This document shows positions 37,871-52,803 of a stretch of 64,000 bases of DNA, one piece after another. The position numbers and the translations under genes are program-made. Positions within the stretch are counted from its first letter, which is position 1; every line of letters starts with the position of its first letter. Source of the DNA: Catajapyx aquilonaris (Eukaryota); contig KZ538179.1 of NCBI GenBank assembly GCA_000934665.2, positions 1-64,000 of the forward strand, written 5' to 3'. The notes under the pieces were generated by a model. That model had not been told where the DNA came from. It ran no database searches and saw nothing but the letters and a program-made list of their open reading frames with translations.

Positions 37871-38088
37871 GGTAGACTGGAGGCACTTGGTGGTCAGACT
37901 ACATCCTGTAAATAGTGAAGAAAATGGTCATTGTTTTTTACTCTCGTTGTCAATGGCACTGTTGCACAAAAATCAGTACCGGCTGGGTACTGACAGGAAC
38001 AATGTTCTGCAATATATAATGGGAGTTCCTTTGTAGCGAATTTTGCAATATAAAAAAATAAGCATTGTGGGATTAAAAAACAAAAATC

Positions 38089-38160
38089 CTCCCCGGCGGG
38101 GAATCGAACCCCGGTCTCCCGCGTGACAGGCGGGGATACTAACCACTATACTACCGAGGA
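38089..38160 (-). tRNA. trnD-GTC: tRNA-Asp (GTC)
   Basis: TCCTCGGTAGTATAGTGGTTAGTATCCCCGCCTGTCACGCGGGAGACCGGGGTTCGATTCCCCGCCGGGGAG forms a full cloverleaf and is followed by a TTTTT Pol III terminator. Confidence 0.97.
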
Positions 38161-41100
38161 CTTCGGTGAAGATTCCTCTCAGGTTACGCCCTAAAGAGTA
38201 AATCCGGCAATGCGCCTGCGCACCAGCCCCAGCACTGGCGCGCTCAATTCATAAGGATGCATCCTCCATGACCCTTGCACGTCATGCAATTTGCAGGGTA
38301 TCATAATTATAAGGGACATCTGGAGGAAGGATCGGAATATTTGGCGATGTCTATCACTGAGACAGGTGGGGGTCAGATTAAAAGGATGCAACAAGGCGGC
38401 TGACGTCACACAACACGTGCAATATATTTGTTATGGTAATACCTTGATAATAAAAAAAATCGGGAGTATTGATTGGCACTTGGATGCAGTAGGACGTGCT
38501 GCTTTTGAGGGGGGAAGGTCGCTCGTTATCTCCCGAATAATTGCGACAAGAAAGGAGCGGTTTGCAGCCCATTTTGTACGAGATGAAGGCAATCAAGCGC
38601 GGCCATTTTAATCAAGCGACCACAAGCTGCGCTGCTGAAGATAAAAGGTCGTACCGGGCTTGCACGCTGTTTGTGCTAATGTATCGACGCTAAAATGCTC
38701 CCAGGATTATTAAGAAAATTGTTCATTCTGCTACTGATTATATGCAAGGGCACAAAAATATTTTGCAAAGTGTTTGCTCTCAACTGATAATACCGGTTGG
38801 TAATCAGTCACAAGGGCAGGGATGCATGGTGGGGAAAACTTAATAAGACCCATCCCATTTTTTTTTTGTATGACGCCAAGGTTGGTAATCTCGGATAATC
38901 CACCAACTGTCCATGTCTCATATAGATAAGTCGCGCTCTACATTTTGCTCCGAAAATTTTCTGTTGCATCTTTTGTCTGGATGAAAGGGGTATATAGGGT
39001 CATCCAACCCAATACGTAAATAGCCAAAAAGACTCGGTGTTTCATTCGAATGTGTTGACTGCCGGAATGTTTATTTTAGGGAAGCGATATCGAGCGAGTA
39101 TATAGCGGAATTCACAAGTGTTTGCCCTCATGTCACACGTGGACAGGCTCGTACATTTTCAACATCCAGGATACATTAGCGGAAATGGTGAAAATGAAGG
39201 GCGGATGTATCCGCCTTTCAACGGCGTCGCTAATTATTTGAAGAGCAGACAAAATGACAGTATACTACATGCTCGTTGAAATTAATGAGTGTACTACAGC
39301 TGTTAATTGCCTAATGGCGTACTTGAAATTCCGAGGGTGTTGTAAATTATGTGACTCATATTCATCCACCATTTGCATGAAAGCAAAACACGGAAAGGTT
39401 CCAAAATTCTAAAGTAAAAACAGAGGGCAAAATAATGTCACGTGTTACATAAACATTGACGGTGCAGGTCACAACTACACCCAGACTATTATTAACCTAC
39501 CTACTGACTTGATGGCAGTGGGCAAAAAGTGGCCTCATTTTACTGTATAAAAGGACCGGGGCTTCGAGAGGCTTTCAGCGATGCTTCCCGTGTTGAAGAT
39601 GGATTTTTTCGTGGTTTAATACGTAACAACACCTTTCCTCCAGTATAGCAGTGGATATATTGCAACATAAATTCAGAGTTCTGGGCGAGATTCGCAAATA
39701 ATGTGTGCCTTGGGCCCTTTGCCCATTACCATCTCCTATACGGTGGTGTTCAAGGTTACAATAATTCACAACCTTCCTAGTCTTTAGCATGGTAGGCTAA
39801 TGACTTGCGCCACAGCAAGGGAGCCTTCATAGCCACTTTTTAAGAACGATTATTACATAGCACTATGCAAGTATATTAGTAAAATGTAGCATTATTGGCA
39901 AAATCGAGTTTTCATCAAGGGTGTCAGACTCTGCCAGGTCGTGTGATTAAATGAATATCAACAGGATTCGGTTCCCGCTGGGAATTCCAGAAATGTTGGC
40001 TCCCAAAATTGCGGTTCTGTTGGCCAAGTCATCGATTTCACCCCCGCAAATATTGGCAGCGACTAGAGTAATTAAGGGACGATGGTGTAGGATCGGAATC
40101 CCCAAATTCCTCCGGGGGCGATGCGAATGTCCCCGTTCATGTGATGCCATTAACCGGGGCATACATTCATTTGCACTAAATATACACCTCAGCAAGCTGG
40201 GTATGCAAAATCGTCACATATCTCCTTGGCTATATATCCCGCCCACTATAATCACGCGCCTAATCTACTAAGGGAAAGAAAGATTTACAATCCGAAACCC
40301 AGATTAGCTCTTCTCAAGCCAAATGGCTCGTGGGCTCAATATTAGTGCTTCCGAAATTTACGACACTTTCTAGGGAAGTACTTGCCCTATATGAAAGAAT
40401 CCTAAATTTGTAATGTGCTATCCAGATAGCTATGTACAGTACCACACAGGTATTCAGTATCGGATTATAATATTATTGGAATCATAAAGTACTTACCGAG
40501 TGTTGATAATCCCTGTTCCGAGCTGCGTATCGCACGTGTTGAACCCCGGCATGGGATGGCAGCAACAAGCGCCGGCGCCTGTTTCTCACTTGGCAAAACC
40601 TTCCAAAGGCAGGAGGCCCACCTGCGCAGTGACGTCACTGTACGCAAGTCCATATGCAACATGTTCTTTACTTCCAGAAACGATGAAGATGCAGCACTCC
40701 TTTGGGATCCATATACGCAGACCCATTACCACGGCTTGGAAGTGATTTACAACTGCTTTGGAGTTAAATTTGGGTTCAGATAGGAGCAAGCCAAAAATTC
40801 CAGGAGGGCACTAAAAAAAACGCGATATATGAAATTTTGTGGGTTTATTCGCGGGTTATTAGGTGGATTTCATGACGTCCAGGGTCAAGCAGTCTGGGGA
40901 GTTGAGAGACCTGCACCGACCTATACTGCCTATAATTATATACACACCCTTATACGTGCTCAAAACTCAAATCCGCAAATCATTTGGACTTATTATTAAC
41001 ACGGGAATAATTTAAAACCACTAGAAGAATCTTTGCTAAATAATAGTTTTACTGGAAGAATACATAATTATATGACGCAGTTTCACAATATTGATTTTTA

Positions 41101-41877
41101 AGAGTTGTCACACAATATTATCGTTTTTAGACTGAACATTCTGAGTTGCAGCCTCATGCAGCCTAATTTTGACAATGTAGACCACATTTTGCATTGTGTA
41201 ATGCGCTCCAGGTGATCCGCGCGTGCAGTTATTATGCTGTAGATGTATTTTATACGCAGTATGCCTGTCTGATGTGCACTGTAGAATATTGCAAATTCTA
41301 ATGATTGATTATGTAACTTTTTTTCAACACCTTTTGAATCAGGAGCGAGTTGGCATATGTCTGTTTTTATTTAACACTACAAAAATATTAAATTCAGGAC
41401 AGTTCACGCAGTCATATCCTTAACGTGAATTTTTAGTTGGTAATTTTTGGTATAATTTGCATTGTTGGCTATTTATTGTGATAGGGAGAATATAATGATT
41501 GCAATTGTACATCAGTAGTTATATAGGATTCGACATTGTTTTCGAAGCCTCATATATCATTCTCATTATTTTACTACAACAGACATTAAAGAGCGCTAAA
41601 GTGTTATGAAAATCATGTTGAGGTTGCAACGCTTTCATTCGCTACGTTAAGCATACCAGTGTGATAGTGCTAAATTTTTTGCTGTTGAGATTCTCGCCAA
41701 ATATATTGCGGTCATTCAAACCAGTGAAACCACAATATTGCATTAGAGTTTGCATTTTATAATCTAAGCGCAAACTATACTTAAGTTTCAGAAAAGCAAT
41801 AAATACGAGTAGCCTATTATGGTGAAGATTGGACACATCAAGAACCTTTTGCAAAACACAGCGGAATCGGAACCTAG

Positions 41878-41925
41878 TATTACGTCGGCAACGGCATACT
41901 GCAGTATGCCGTTGCCGACGTAATA
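41878..41925. repeat. Perfect 48-bp palindrome without spacer
   Basis: TATTACGTCGGCAACGGCATACTG|CAGTATGCCGTTGCCGACGTAATA. Confidence 0.95.
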
Positions 41926-43415
41926 GGCCTACTATGTTAATACTATGCACATATTTAATTATTAATTATTATTATTATTTACACCCCGGTGGGTTTAAAA
42001 AACCTTTGGGGGGAGACGACCGGTTACATTGTAAATATAATTGTTAACAATTATTTCAAGGTTGGTTTTTTTTTACAGCTTTACACCTAAAGGGTAAACA
42101 TCTTAACATATTTGATAATTTGGGAAGTATGTATGAGGTTGACAAAAATAAATATATCGTTTTTTTTTTCTTTACATCGCTGAAGACGTTATGCTGAAAC
42201 TATGCGTTTGAATACTATGCACATATTTACAGTGTACATGTAGCCTACTGTAAATGTGTGCAGATGAGACGAAATACACCAATAATAATTTACTTGTTTC
42301 AATAATCTTACCGAAAATGTTACCTTTTAACAAAACTCTGGCGCTAATACATGTAGACTAATCAAGAGAACCCAACAAAGTTCGTTACAAAGATCACCCA
42401 TAATGCAACCACGGTTACAGTTTTTATTTTTATTTAAAAGAACTATGACACCATATTACATTATGTGGTATATTTACAGTACACACACACACACCATTGC
42501 GCATTTTAGAATGAGAGAGACTTATTCTTGCTACCAGGAATTATTTTTACAAAATAAGGATAGGAGGTTTACTATTAGGCATAATCAGTTTTTTTAAATG
42601 TGTTTGAAAACGATGCGTAAGAGAAAAAGATTGCATGTTGATGACTCACTCATCCGCAACCATACCATTTCGCGGATTTCTGTGTTACATCATTGATATG
42701 CCCGTGCCTTCCCGCAATATCGTCGGCATACAAAGTGAAACACACCCAAGTCCCAAAAAAACAAGCTGCGAGGTAATTCAAAGCAAACATTTGACCTTGC
42801 ACTTGATTATATGTTAGTGAAAATAGTAATTAAATTCTGGCTTACTGACCCCTTACGACTGTTTAGGATTAAATTGACTTCACCATGCGATAGAGATGCT
42901 AATTAGTGGCGTCAATATAACAATAACTCAAAACCGCAAATTGGACGGTATATTTCTCCTGAATGCTCAAGATATATCATACGTACGCATCATAGACATG
43001 GTACACTCCCTCCTGAAGTTCATGTATGATATGTAGTACTTTACATGAGATAGGTATGCAGAATATTAATCCTATTCTGAGGATACGGTACCGTATCTAT
43101 TTATACCGACGAGACAGTTCTATTTATTCCCATAAGTGGCGCTGCCACCGCTCGCTGCCCTTGTGTGGTGCTTCCCTCTGGCCCCGAGAGTGGCAAAGTA
43201 CGACCAGACCACCGGCTATGAAGCAAAATCCATGACCGCTGACAATAGTGAGTAGCCTGTTTTTCGCAGTGTGTCGTGACACCGACGAGTTCATCGAACG
43301 CCGCAGATCTTCGAGAGTCCCCCCTCTGCCTGTGCCGCTGATTGAACGGAAAAAAAGGGAACACTTTGGACAGGGAGGAGGCCCACATTCGTCGAGAGAG
43401 AAAGAAGCAGAGGCC

Positions 43416-46400
43416 ATGGCAGACTCCGCTGGGAACTGGTGCCTGATCGAGAGCGATCCGGGAGTGTTCACCGAACTCATACGGGAATTCGGTGAGCATC
43501 GCAATTATTTAGAACCTGTGCAATGGCAATTATGGGTAGTCGCAGGGACCATGGTCTGGTTCAAAATGGGCTGAATGGCGTTCTTTATTTACCCAGGTGT
43601 CAAGGGAGTTCAAGTTGAGGAGATGTGGACCCTTGATGACGACCAGTTTGAGAGTATCAAGTAAGTTGTCTGATTTTGGAATGACTGAATTATTGTTCCT
43701 AATGATTGACTTCCTTTGTCAGGCCAGCCCATGGACTCATCTTCCTGTTCAAGTGGGTCCAAGAAGATGAACCTTCTGGGTCTGTTGTCCAGGACAGCCG
43801 ACTGGAAAAAATATTTTTTGCTAAGCAGGTACCACAGTTTTAAAGAAAAGTTATCAACACATGAATCCTTCTTCTAAGTGGAAGGAATTCTACTTTCTCA
43901 GCTTAATTTCAGCAAGCACCTTCAATATGTCATTTTCTGACCATATTTCTGACCATATTCTTGGTTACTTTCTGTAATTTGAGCTTAATGTGATGAACCG
44001 GCTACATGTGACTTGATGAGAAAGATTTTAAAATTTAACTTGGATAGTTGGATATGACCCTGACTCATCAATTTCTAGACTTATTTGATTTCAGGGAATT
44101 AAAATATCATATATATGTAACATATTATTGCTTAAAAGTTGTAAGTAACAACTATTGAAAATTGAGGCACAAATTAACACACTATGAGTGCCTGTATGGG
44201 GATATGTTATTTTTAGGTGTGTGTACTGTATATCAAAAATGTTATGGTACAGGGTGATTCTCTCGAATGGAAACCCAAACATTCCTCAATAACTTTTTAA
44301 CTATGGTATGGTTCCCAATGAAAATTGACATGTACTTACCTTGTATCATGCCAAACAAGGTCTGACTAAAGAATATACCAAAAGTGGTCCCCTCCAGCAT
44401 CCAAAGTGTTTTAAATGCGAGTCTGCATATTGCCGAAGACTCCTGCTGATTCCTACCGGGGATTGCACTCATCCCCGCCGGCCAGCCTACTTGGCGGGCG
44501 GGCATCTCAAGGCAACGGGTGCCACCCCCATTGTGCATGCTCGGAACGGGGGCCAATCGGAGGCGTCATGGTAACAATACGTCTTGAATACGTCGCAGTA
44601 ACAATGGACGGGGGCCAATAGGAAGAGGTGGTGGCAACAATATGGGGGCGAACCAATCAGAGGGCTTATACACACAACGCAAGCATTTTAATATTATAGA
44701 TTGGGCTTAACTTGTGTCCTTAACCATCACCCCTTTATATAGGGAATAATTGTCATGATGTATGTATGTGTATGATTGCAGGTGATCAACAATGCATGCG
44801 CAACCCAAGCCATCTTGAGCATCCTTTTGAATTGTCAGCACCCGGATATAGAGTTGGGAACCACCTTGGGGCAATTCAGGGAGTTCTGTCAAACCTTTGA
44901 TGCTCACATGAAAGGACTTGCCCTCTCCAATTCAGAAGTTATCAGATCTGTCCACAACTCATTTGCCAGGTTTGTTGCTATTGTAGTGTATAGAATAAAA
45001 TATACTGCAGCAGACAATAAATTAAGAGTGAATTGTTATGATTTTGGATGTTGGGGATTGGAGAAATGAAATTCTGACATGTTTCACCTCTTGTAATTTA
45101 GATATTATTCTGAGAGAAAATTTAGAAAGTCACTTGNAGAGAGAGGGAGAGGGGGAGAGAGAGAGGGAGAGGGGGAGGGAGAGGGGGAGAGAGAGAGAGT
45201 GTGTGTGTGTGCACGTAATATTGTTGATCATTAATTGAATGGTAGTAAATCATTTCTTAACCCTCGGGTGGTGATGTGGGCACTTTTTGTGACCAACGAC
45301 ACTTTTTTTGCTATAACTTGGAAAATTTAGCACATTCAAGATTCATCTCTGAGAACATTTGTGTTTGACTATTTCTGTGATGAATGACGTTTAGTTTAAA
45401 TTTTATGAGCAAATAGCACGACCAGGAAAAAATTAATTAGGCGGCAATGCGTAGTTGGGACCAAGATCTGGTCTGGCGGCTCCTGGTGGCATCCCAGGCC
45501 ACCTAGGGATGGAATCCCCCTACCCCCGGGAGTTGGGCCAGACTGATTTTCTTTAAGATTTTTTTTCTGATCGTACTATTTGCTCAAAAAATGTCAACTA
45601 AACGCTATTTGTCATAGAAGGAATCACACTATGATTGTCTCAAAGGTGAAGCCCAAATGTGCTATATTTCGCCAAATATAACAAAAAATATAGCTTGATC
45701 ACAAAAAGTGCCCACGTCACCGGAGAGCGAACATTTCGCACATCACCGTCCGAGGGTTAACGCCCAGATGGGAGTGGAGTTGAAGTGTACTTAGAATTTG
45801 AAAGAATTATCTGGAGCATCAAGGATTTGTCACAGTTGTCTGCTACGCTGCATTACTGACTGCATGCATCATTCAATGAGAGGCACAGGATTACAGTATA
45901 AGTTACTTGACTCTTTCAGGCAGACCCTTTTTGAATTTGATTCGAAATTGGCAGCAAAGGATGAGGATGTGTTCCACTTTGTGGGCTACATTCCAATAGA
46001 TGGCCGCCTGTATGAGCTGGATGGCCTGAAGGAGGGCCCCCTAGACCTTGGCGCCATTTCTCCTGATGTAGACTGGCTGGACATGGTTCGGCCTATCATT
46101 GATAAGAGAATTAAAAAATACAATGATGGAGAAATTCACTTTAATCTCATGGCCCTTGTGCCAGACCGAAAGGCTACATACCTCAAGAGACTGGCAGAGA
46201 TTCAAAAGGAAGTTGAGGTGTGTATGATACTGTGATAAAAGGGGATTCACATGGATATCACACAACCAGTGCTAAATTTATTATATTTGACTGTTTATCA
46301 AGGCTTTCATATCATGTGGTATGACCACACGTTTCATGATACCTCCTTAGATGGATGAAAGCAATATGGTGTTGTGTGTTTGTGCTATAATTATTGTTCT

Positions 46401-46701
46401 TAGGTTACTCTTTTTATTTTGGAAGGAGGCTGGCATGGAGACTGATGCCCACCAGACAGAATCAGCTCGCCTGCGTGTGATGCTGGAGGAGGAAGAGACA
46501 AAGATGAAGCGGTATCAGGTGGAGAATGTCCGCCGCAAGCATAATTATTTGCCATTCATCATAGAGATGCTGAAGCTGCTGGCTAAGGAGAAGAAGCTGT
46601 ATCCATTGTATGAGAAGGCCAGGGACAAGGCACTGGAGTGGGAGACCAAGAAGAAGGAGAAAGAGACATCTGGAAAGCCGGCTCCTAAGGCTGCTTCCTG
46701 A
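43416..46701 (+). CDS. UCHL5: Ubiquitin C-terminal hydrolase L5 (UCH37); exons 43416-43491, 43597-43660, 43723-43828, 44782-44969, 45920-46217, 46426-46701
   Basis: WCLIESDPGVFTELI, HGLIFLFKW, FFAKQVINNACATQA (catalytic Cys), FHFVGYIP...YELDGL, ENVRRKHNYLPFI. Confidence 0.97.
45138..45212. repeat. Compound (GA)n/(GT)n microsatellite
   Basis: Read directly from the sequence; adjacent to a single N. Confidence 0.9.
45257..45760. mobile_element. piggyBac-like MITE
   Basis: TTAACCCTCGGGTGGTGATGTG ... CACATCACCGTCCGAGGGTTAA, with inner inverted repeat GTGGGCACTTTTTGTGA/TCACAAAAAGTGCCCAC. Confidence 0.8.
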
Positions 46702-47050
46702 TTTACATCCTGCTGATGCACACTTGGTTATCTAAATTAAAATGGCTTGTCAGTGTGGATAAAATGTTTGGGAGGGGGCTGAGCAAAGAGAACCTTGTGC
46801 ACTTGAGTTACTGCATCCTATTTGAGTGATGGTGGTTACATTGTATTCTGGAGGCATGCATTTACAATGTGTCATACTTTCCTGTGCAAGTTTGTACTTC
46901 TCTCTCTCCTCCCCATCAAGGAAATAATAAAAATTATACTAAACCACATAGTGTTATTTTAATGTGATCCATGGGGAAGCAAAGAATGATTCGATAAATT
47001 TTAAAAAGCAATCACCCTATCCCCCAGCACTTAAAACGTCAGCAGCCTAA

Positions 47051-47132
47051 AGGCGGCTACACACAGGCAGGTTGCATCCGCAGTTGGAGTCCGACTCCAC
47101 TGCAGATGCAACCTGCCCGTGTGTAGCCGCCT
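47051..47132. mobile_element. 82-bp PIF/Harbinger-like hairpin MITE with TAA TSD
   Basis: TAA-AGGCGGCTACACACAGGCAGGTTGCATC ... GATGCAACCTGCCCGTGTGTAGCCGCCT-TAA. Confidence 0.85.
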
Positions 47133-48608
47133 TAATTCCCTTGTTTCCGTTACGCATGCAGATGTGCTCATTTATTAGGGAAAGGGATAAGAATATATTA
47201 CAAACATACCACTTTAAAAAATACGCACATCACATTTATTAATAGTAAAATAAAAACTCTCCCAAGGACAGTTGACAATTTTACAAAATGCATGTGTTTC
47301 TTCATTTCCCTCCATGCGGTGTAGCCATGCAGCACCTTTGCAGGCACCTCATATGTGTGGTCTGTTATCTTACCGGCAGTGAAGTACCTTACTTGTTAGA
47401 ATTATGACACAAAATTAGCAATGTAAAAAAATTAACGAGGAAATGCTATGTATATTGCTATGCTGATAAACATTTGAGCGGCAAGGTAAGGGTTGGCCCA
47501 GGGGTATGTTTAACAAAATAATGCTATTGAGCTGACTTGCAAGCGACATTGTCTCTATGCCACTCATGACACTGGAAAAAAAAATTACACTGCATGCTTT
47601 CACGTGAATTGGGTGCCATACTAGAGAGTGCAGTAAAGGTCTAAATGTTTCATACCAAAGTTTTAAAGCCCTGCAGGTACAGAGATACCATTTTTATGCA
47701 ATCACCAGGATTAAAATGCTTCTGAATACCGCCTACTTTAGGCGCCACAGTGTTATTGGAAAACCGAACATTTAAAAATATCCATACCATACTTTTCAAG
47801 TTTGGAATGCTAACATAAAAGCTCCACATTACAATAGTAACCAGGGTTGGGTTAATAAAAGTGGAAAGATTTATCTACAAAATATACTTTCCCCATGACT
47901 GTTGGAAGATTATTTTTTATAGTCCTTCCATATAACTATCATAAAATGCACTCTGTGGAAAAAAGCACACAAAAATCTCATTCTGAGAAGATCATTCTAC
48001 AGATAAAACTGTCATAATCTGATTAATAAAATCTTGAATGTCTGTGCTCAGAATGCTTGCTGATTTTGCTAAATTATGCTGCAAGCAGTCATAGAAAATA
48101 AAACCTCTGAATTTCATAACTGTCATGAAAGCGTAACCGGTGCACAAATTTAAACTATCTTTGTCCTTAAACTATCTAAACTGTCTTCCTGTCAACAGGA
48201 GTCACAATTGAGTTCATGTCTAAATAAAAATAAACCCACAATTTGTTGCAGCAGTAACGGGGGAAGAGAATAAAACACAGAATCTAAGAAAAATACTGCA
48301 ACTGTCACAACCATGGAAGTCATATATTGCCACTTTTGCTATGGAACCTAGTGTGATGAAAATAATAATACTGAAAAACTATGGGATTTCTTTAAAAAAC
48401 TGAAGGAACTGGAGCTTCTATTGGAAGCACATATATGCTTATTTTTCCACATAACTTAAACCCGTGTTGAGTTGCGAAGGCGTTAGAAAAGAGCTAGAAA
48501 AATGCTTCGATTGTCTAGATATGTAGCATAGGACTCGCAATAAAAATCATTTTCTTCCTCCACCCTTTCCATGATTGTGCTCTTGCATGGTTATCACTAT
48601 CAGTGGCC

Positions 48609-50744
48609 TCACTTTGGACGCACTTTCTCATAATGAAACTGTTGTCCTTTGTCCTGCACTTGTCCTCCAACAACTGTGAGCGTCCTTTTCCGCATGTACT
48701 GAAACTGCTCCAATGCAAACTCATAAAAGTCATTCTCCATTCGCCACACTTTGGAGCGCTGGATACGAGCCACGGTTTCTGGGGAAGGGGCAATTTTCTG
48801 AGTTGTGCGTCTCAGGTGTGACTTCTTGCCTGCATAAATAAATAAGTTCAACATACAGGAAAGGGAGCATAAATAAAGTGACCAACTCAACCCCAACCCA
48901 ACTTAATATAAATGAGCCACAAGCCCTACGAAGACTTTACCACTCTGAAACAAGGTAGTGGCTCCATTGAAGAATCTTGGAAGCACAGCCTCCAGCAAGG
49001 TGATGAAATCCCCCAGCTCTTCAGTTACACCCACGACAAAATAGTGCTGCACCAAGTTGTGCTTGGCTTGCTCCAATGCCCACTCATTCCCTGGCACCCT
49101 GCAATGAACAAAAATATGAGAAAACTGGCAAGAGAAATGTGTAAGCAGCTCAATCATATATAGTACTAGTAAATATTTACCAGCAGTTGGCAGAATGCCC
49201 ACAGAAGAATGGTATCTGCAGCCACATATTATCCGGGTCACAATCTGACTGGCCTTGCCTGACGCACTCATCAAATGTCATCTTGTCACCCTGCTTTCTG
49301 CGCACTATGTGAGGCCGGAAATCATCCCCGTATCGAAGGAAGTAGTAGTATGACACCAGCCTGTCCAATGGCTTGCGCAGAATGTTGATAAATAAAGGCT
49401 TCTGTGTCACACCAAATCTGATTGGAAAGAAATGGGTTAGAGTAAAGAGTGTAAAATGTGAATATCTGCATACTCCACAGAATAAGTTACATTGTTTCAG
49501 CAATTATTAGCAGCAGTTACAATCGAGCCAGACATTTTCAAGGAGCAACCATAGTGATGCAGGTGCAATTGGGTTCTAGGATGTCTAGGATTGCTATTTT
49601 ATTTTATTTTTACTCTAAAGTGTGAATTTGTACCATGAATGAATCATGATGTATCTGCAAAAATTCGCAACATAAAAATCCATTAAATAATTCATTTGCT
49701 TGTTTGTTGAGTCAAGCTGACGTTCCGACTCACCATCAGTGAGTCCCAAGGATTACTCAAGAATTACAGTCATCACTGCAACATTAGCTGTTACTTTACA
49801 AAGTACTCTTGTGAGTTCTAGTCAATAAATTAAACTCCTGAGACCTCTGGTTTTCCCTTGATACACTTCTGGGCACTGCACCAACAATACTTTAGCTCAC
49901 TTGCTACTGCATGCTAAGTAATGGCTGCACATCATTATGACCATGCATTCCATGAATAAAGCCCTCTAATGTAATAGCCGCTATTGTGAGTTTGACTGTC
50001 ACTTTTACACTAGAAATGCTTCACTTCTAAGAGACACTTATTACCAATGCAGAATTATTTACCTCCCAAAGTCTAAAAATGCTAGATGTCCGTGGTACAG
50101 AGCTGGTTTCTTTGCATCCCAGTTGGTTACGTTGGAAACAAACCTTGCCTGCAAAGACATAATATCGCAGTACAATTAATCGTAAAATTATGTAAGCGAA
50201 ATATTACCTGATCTGCTAGAGATAAGACATGCATATTTCGACTGATATTTATATGCAGCACGTGGAAGTGGTTCTGAGCACACAAGTCATACGCAACACC
50301 CATGAAGCTGGTGGATCCAGTTTTAGGGACTCTGTTATATATGAGGACCTGTGGACCTGAGTATTCCTCCTCAGAGTCACCATCCTGCACTTTGTGACTC
50401 CCCAGTGAGTCAGCTTCAGCCAAGTTGACGCTGCGATGGTGATGATTAACCTGACTGGGCTGTACTTTTGCCACAGCCTCTTCTGCAAAGTAATAAGAAT
50501 AATGAGAATACTTGAACCACACCTACCCAACCTGATTGTACGCCATATGACCGAAAATGTACGCACTTCTGGCAGTAAAATACGGCGACATGCCAACCCA
50601 AATATTACCCAGGTTATCGTTGCTATCCTGGAGGTGGTGTATTTGCCTGTGCAGGTTGAGTATGAGCAGGAGTAGCAGGCAGAAGACCAGACCCTCCAGC
50701 AAAGCGCAGGGCTTGAGCAGAGCCATGGGGATGCGAGGAAACAT
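48609..50744 (-). CDS. HS2ST1: Heparan sulfate 2-O-sulfotransferase; exons 50609-50744, 50208-50482, 50063-50148, 49181-49417, 48941-49098, 48609-48829
   Basis: N-terminal TM anchor, [68 protein letters not shown]. Start is ATG 50744 or 50726. Confidence 0.96.
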
Positions 50745-51387
50745 TGGCTTCGTTGTCAGCACCTATGCCCGGATACACCCTGCACTACGGGGCTGGTTCA
50801 TCCGGTGCGGACACCATGGTCTTCCAGTGGGCCATGCTGCCGCCTCTGACAGTGTGCCCATGGCCAGTGCTGGGCAGGGGACAAGGGCGGACACTTACGC
50901 AGCACCTTGATCTACATACAGCTCAGGGTCAGCTCCCTCGGTCACAACCACGTCACAATCCCCTTCCTTCTTCTTCTTCCTAGCCCGTCCACCACACAAG
51001 GCCCCCTCTTGTGCTGTGGTCAGCTGCAGAGAAGAGTGGTGGGGCCTTATTCCCAGCCGCCAGCAGAGGCCATTATGGCGCCCTGAACCCGATCATCACA
51101 CCCGATTGGATCAACTCCAAGCAGACAAGTGAGGCTCGCTCTTGTTGCGCCCCATACCCGCCACGTTCGAAAAATATTCTCTCAGAAATTGTGTCGAATC
51201 CTCACATGTTTGTACCGTCCATAATGAGCAATTATTTAACTGAACCGCTTGACTCTTTGTAGTGTGGGAGTAGCATAACATGAGCAGTTGTGTCAGCCTC
51301 GAGTTTTTATTATAAAAAAAAAGGTTGATAAAGGATGTCATTTAACATGATATTTACGTCCATTTGCATAATCCAAATATACAAATA

Positions 51388-52803
51388 TTACTGCTGTGGC
51401 TTTTTCCTTTGCCGAGCCTGACGCGAATCTAACAATTTGTTCAGTTCTCTGCAGACATCTGCAAATATTTCTTCTTCACTTCTCTCAGCTGATATCTGCA
51501 TAGTGTATACAAGCAAAGAATGGTTAGAATCACTTGATCGCAAGCCAGTTAGACCGAATAATACCTTTTTACATTTCTGTTTATATTTATCCACTATAAA
51601 CTCGATGGTTTTGTTAAAAGTGGCTATCCTATTCTTAATGGAATCCTTGTTATCATCTGATCGCCCTCTTTCCATTAATCGCTGTTGCATTGTAGCATCA
51701 CTTGCCTCAAAGAAGATAAGCAAATGAACAGGATATATCTGGGTAGGAAAATCACGCAGTAAATTACACTAATAATTGAACGGCATTTTAACTCAGATTT
51801 GTCACTCCCAGTCTTGATTACAAGTTACTGGAGTATGTATAAGCAATGAATCTTCTATGGTGAATATAATATTTCATCCATTGTTTTCTTATTTTATTGT
51901 GTACCGGTAACAAAAATAATACGTACCTCACTTTCAAAAGATTCAGCCTGAGACACTTCACGCGGCCATCCGTCAATTAAAAATCCTTTACTTTTCTCAA
52001 TATGAGCCAACATGGCATTTTTCAGCATATTTAGGACAATATTCTGGGAACATTTCAAGTATAGAGATGCTTAAGCTGATATAATTAGGTGTAGGCTATA
52101 TCATTATTGTTGTTTTTTTGTATTGCAGAACTTACGCATGGGACCAGCTCTCCCCTGTCCATTATTTGTTGAATGTCGACAGCCTGGTCTGATCCAGAAA
52201 CAACTTCATGTCTTAGCATGGCTCCTGTGGAAAAGTGCGTGAAGCCAAAGTATTCCACAACCTTAGTGCACTGAGTTCCTTTTCCAGTCCCTGGGCCACC
52301 TGTACGGAATGATTAACTTTTGTTTTCTGGTATGACTATTTCATTTGCTGCTATAGGCAAAATTGTCCAAATCGGACTAAGTTACACAAACTGTATTAGG
52401 TTATATTCCTATGCACAAAAAATTAACCATCTATTGTACACTGCGTATAGGCTATTTCCTTGAGGCCGGTAAGTTAAAAAAGTTCTAATATTCTAACTCA
52501 CCTAATACCCAAATGACAGGAATTTCCGAGCGCTTGATGTAATCCTGTAACATAAAAGTGGGTACAAGTTCGAATTTTAAATAACTCGTATAAACTGTAA
52601 ATATGGGCCCTAATCCTTTGACAGTAGCAACTTTTGGATTATGCATTGCATAATAATAGTTTCCTCTTCATATGATGAGTGTGTGAAGCTATACCCACCG
52701 TCAGCATTTCTTGTGAAATTGTCCGAGGTTGCAAGAATGGTGGAAGTAATTTGGGGCAAAACGTCTGCACAGCTTTCCGTAATAGTGAGAGAAGGCTTTG
52801 CAT
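51388..52803 (-). CDS. Divergent adenylate kinase 1-like paralog; exons 52699-52803 (tentative), 52502-52544, 52136-52299, 51927-52043, 51565-51738, 51388-51495
   Basis: [56 protein letters not shown]. Intron positions are the same as in the adjacent AK1. Confidence 0.88.
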
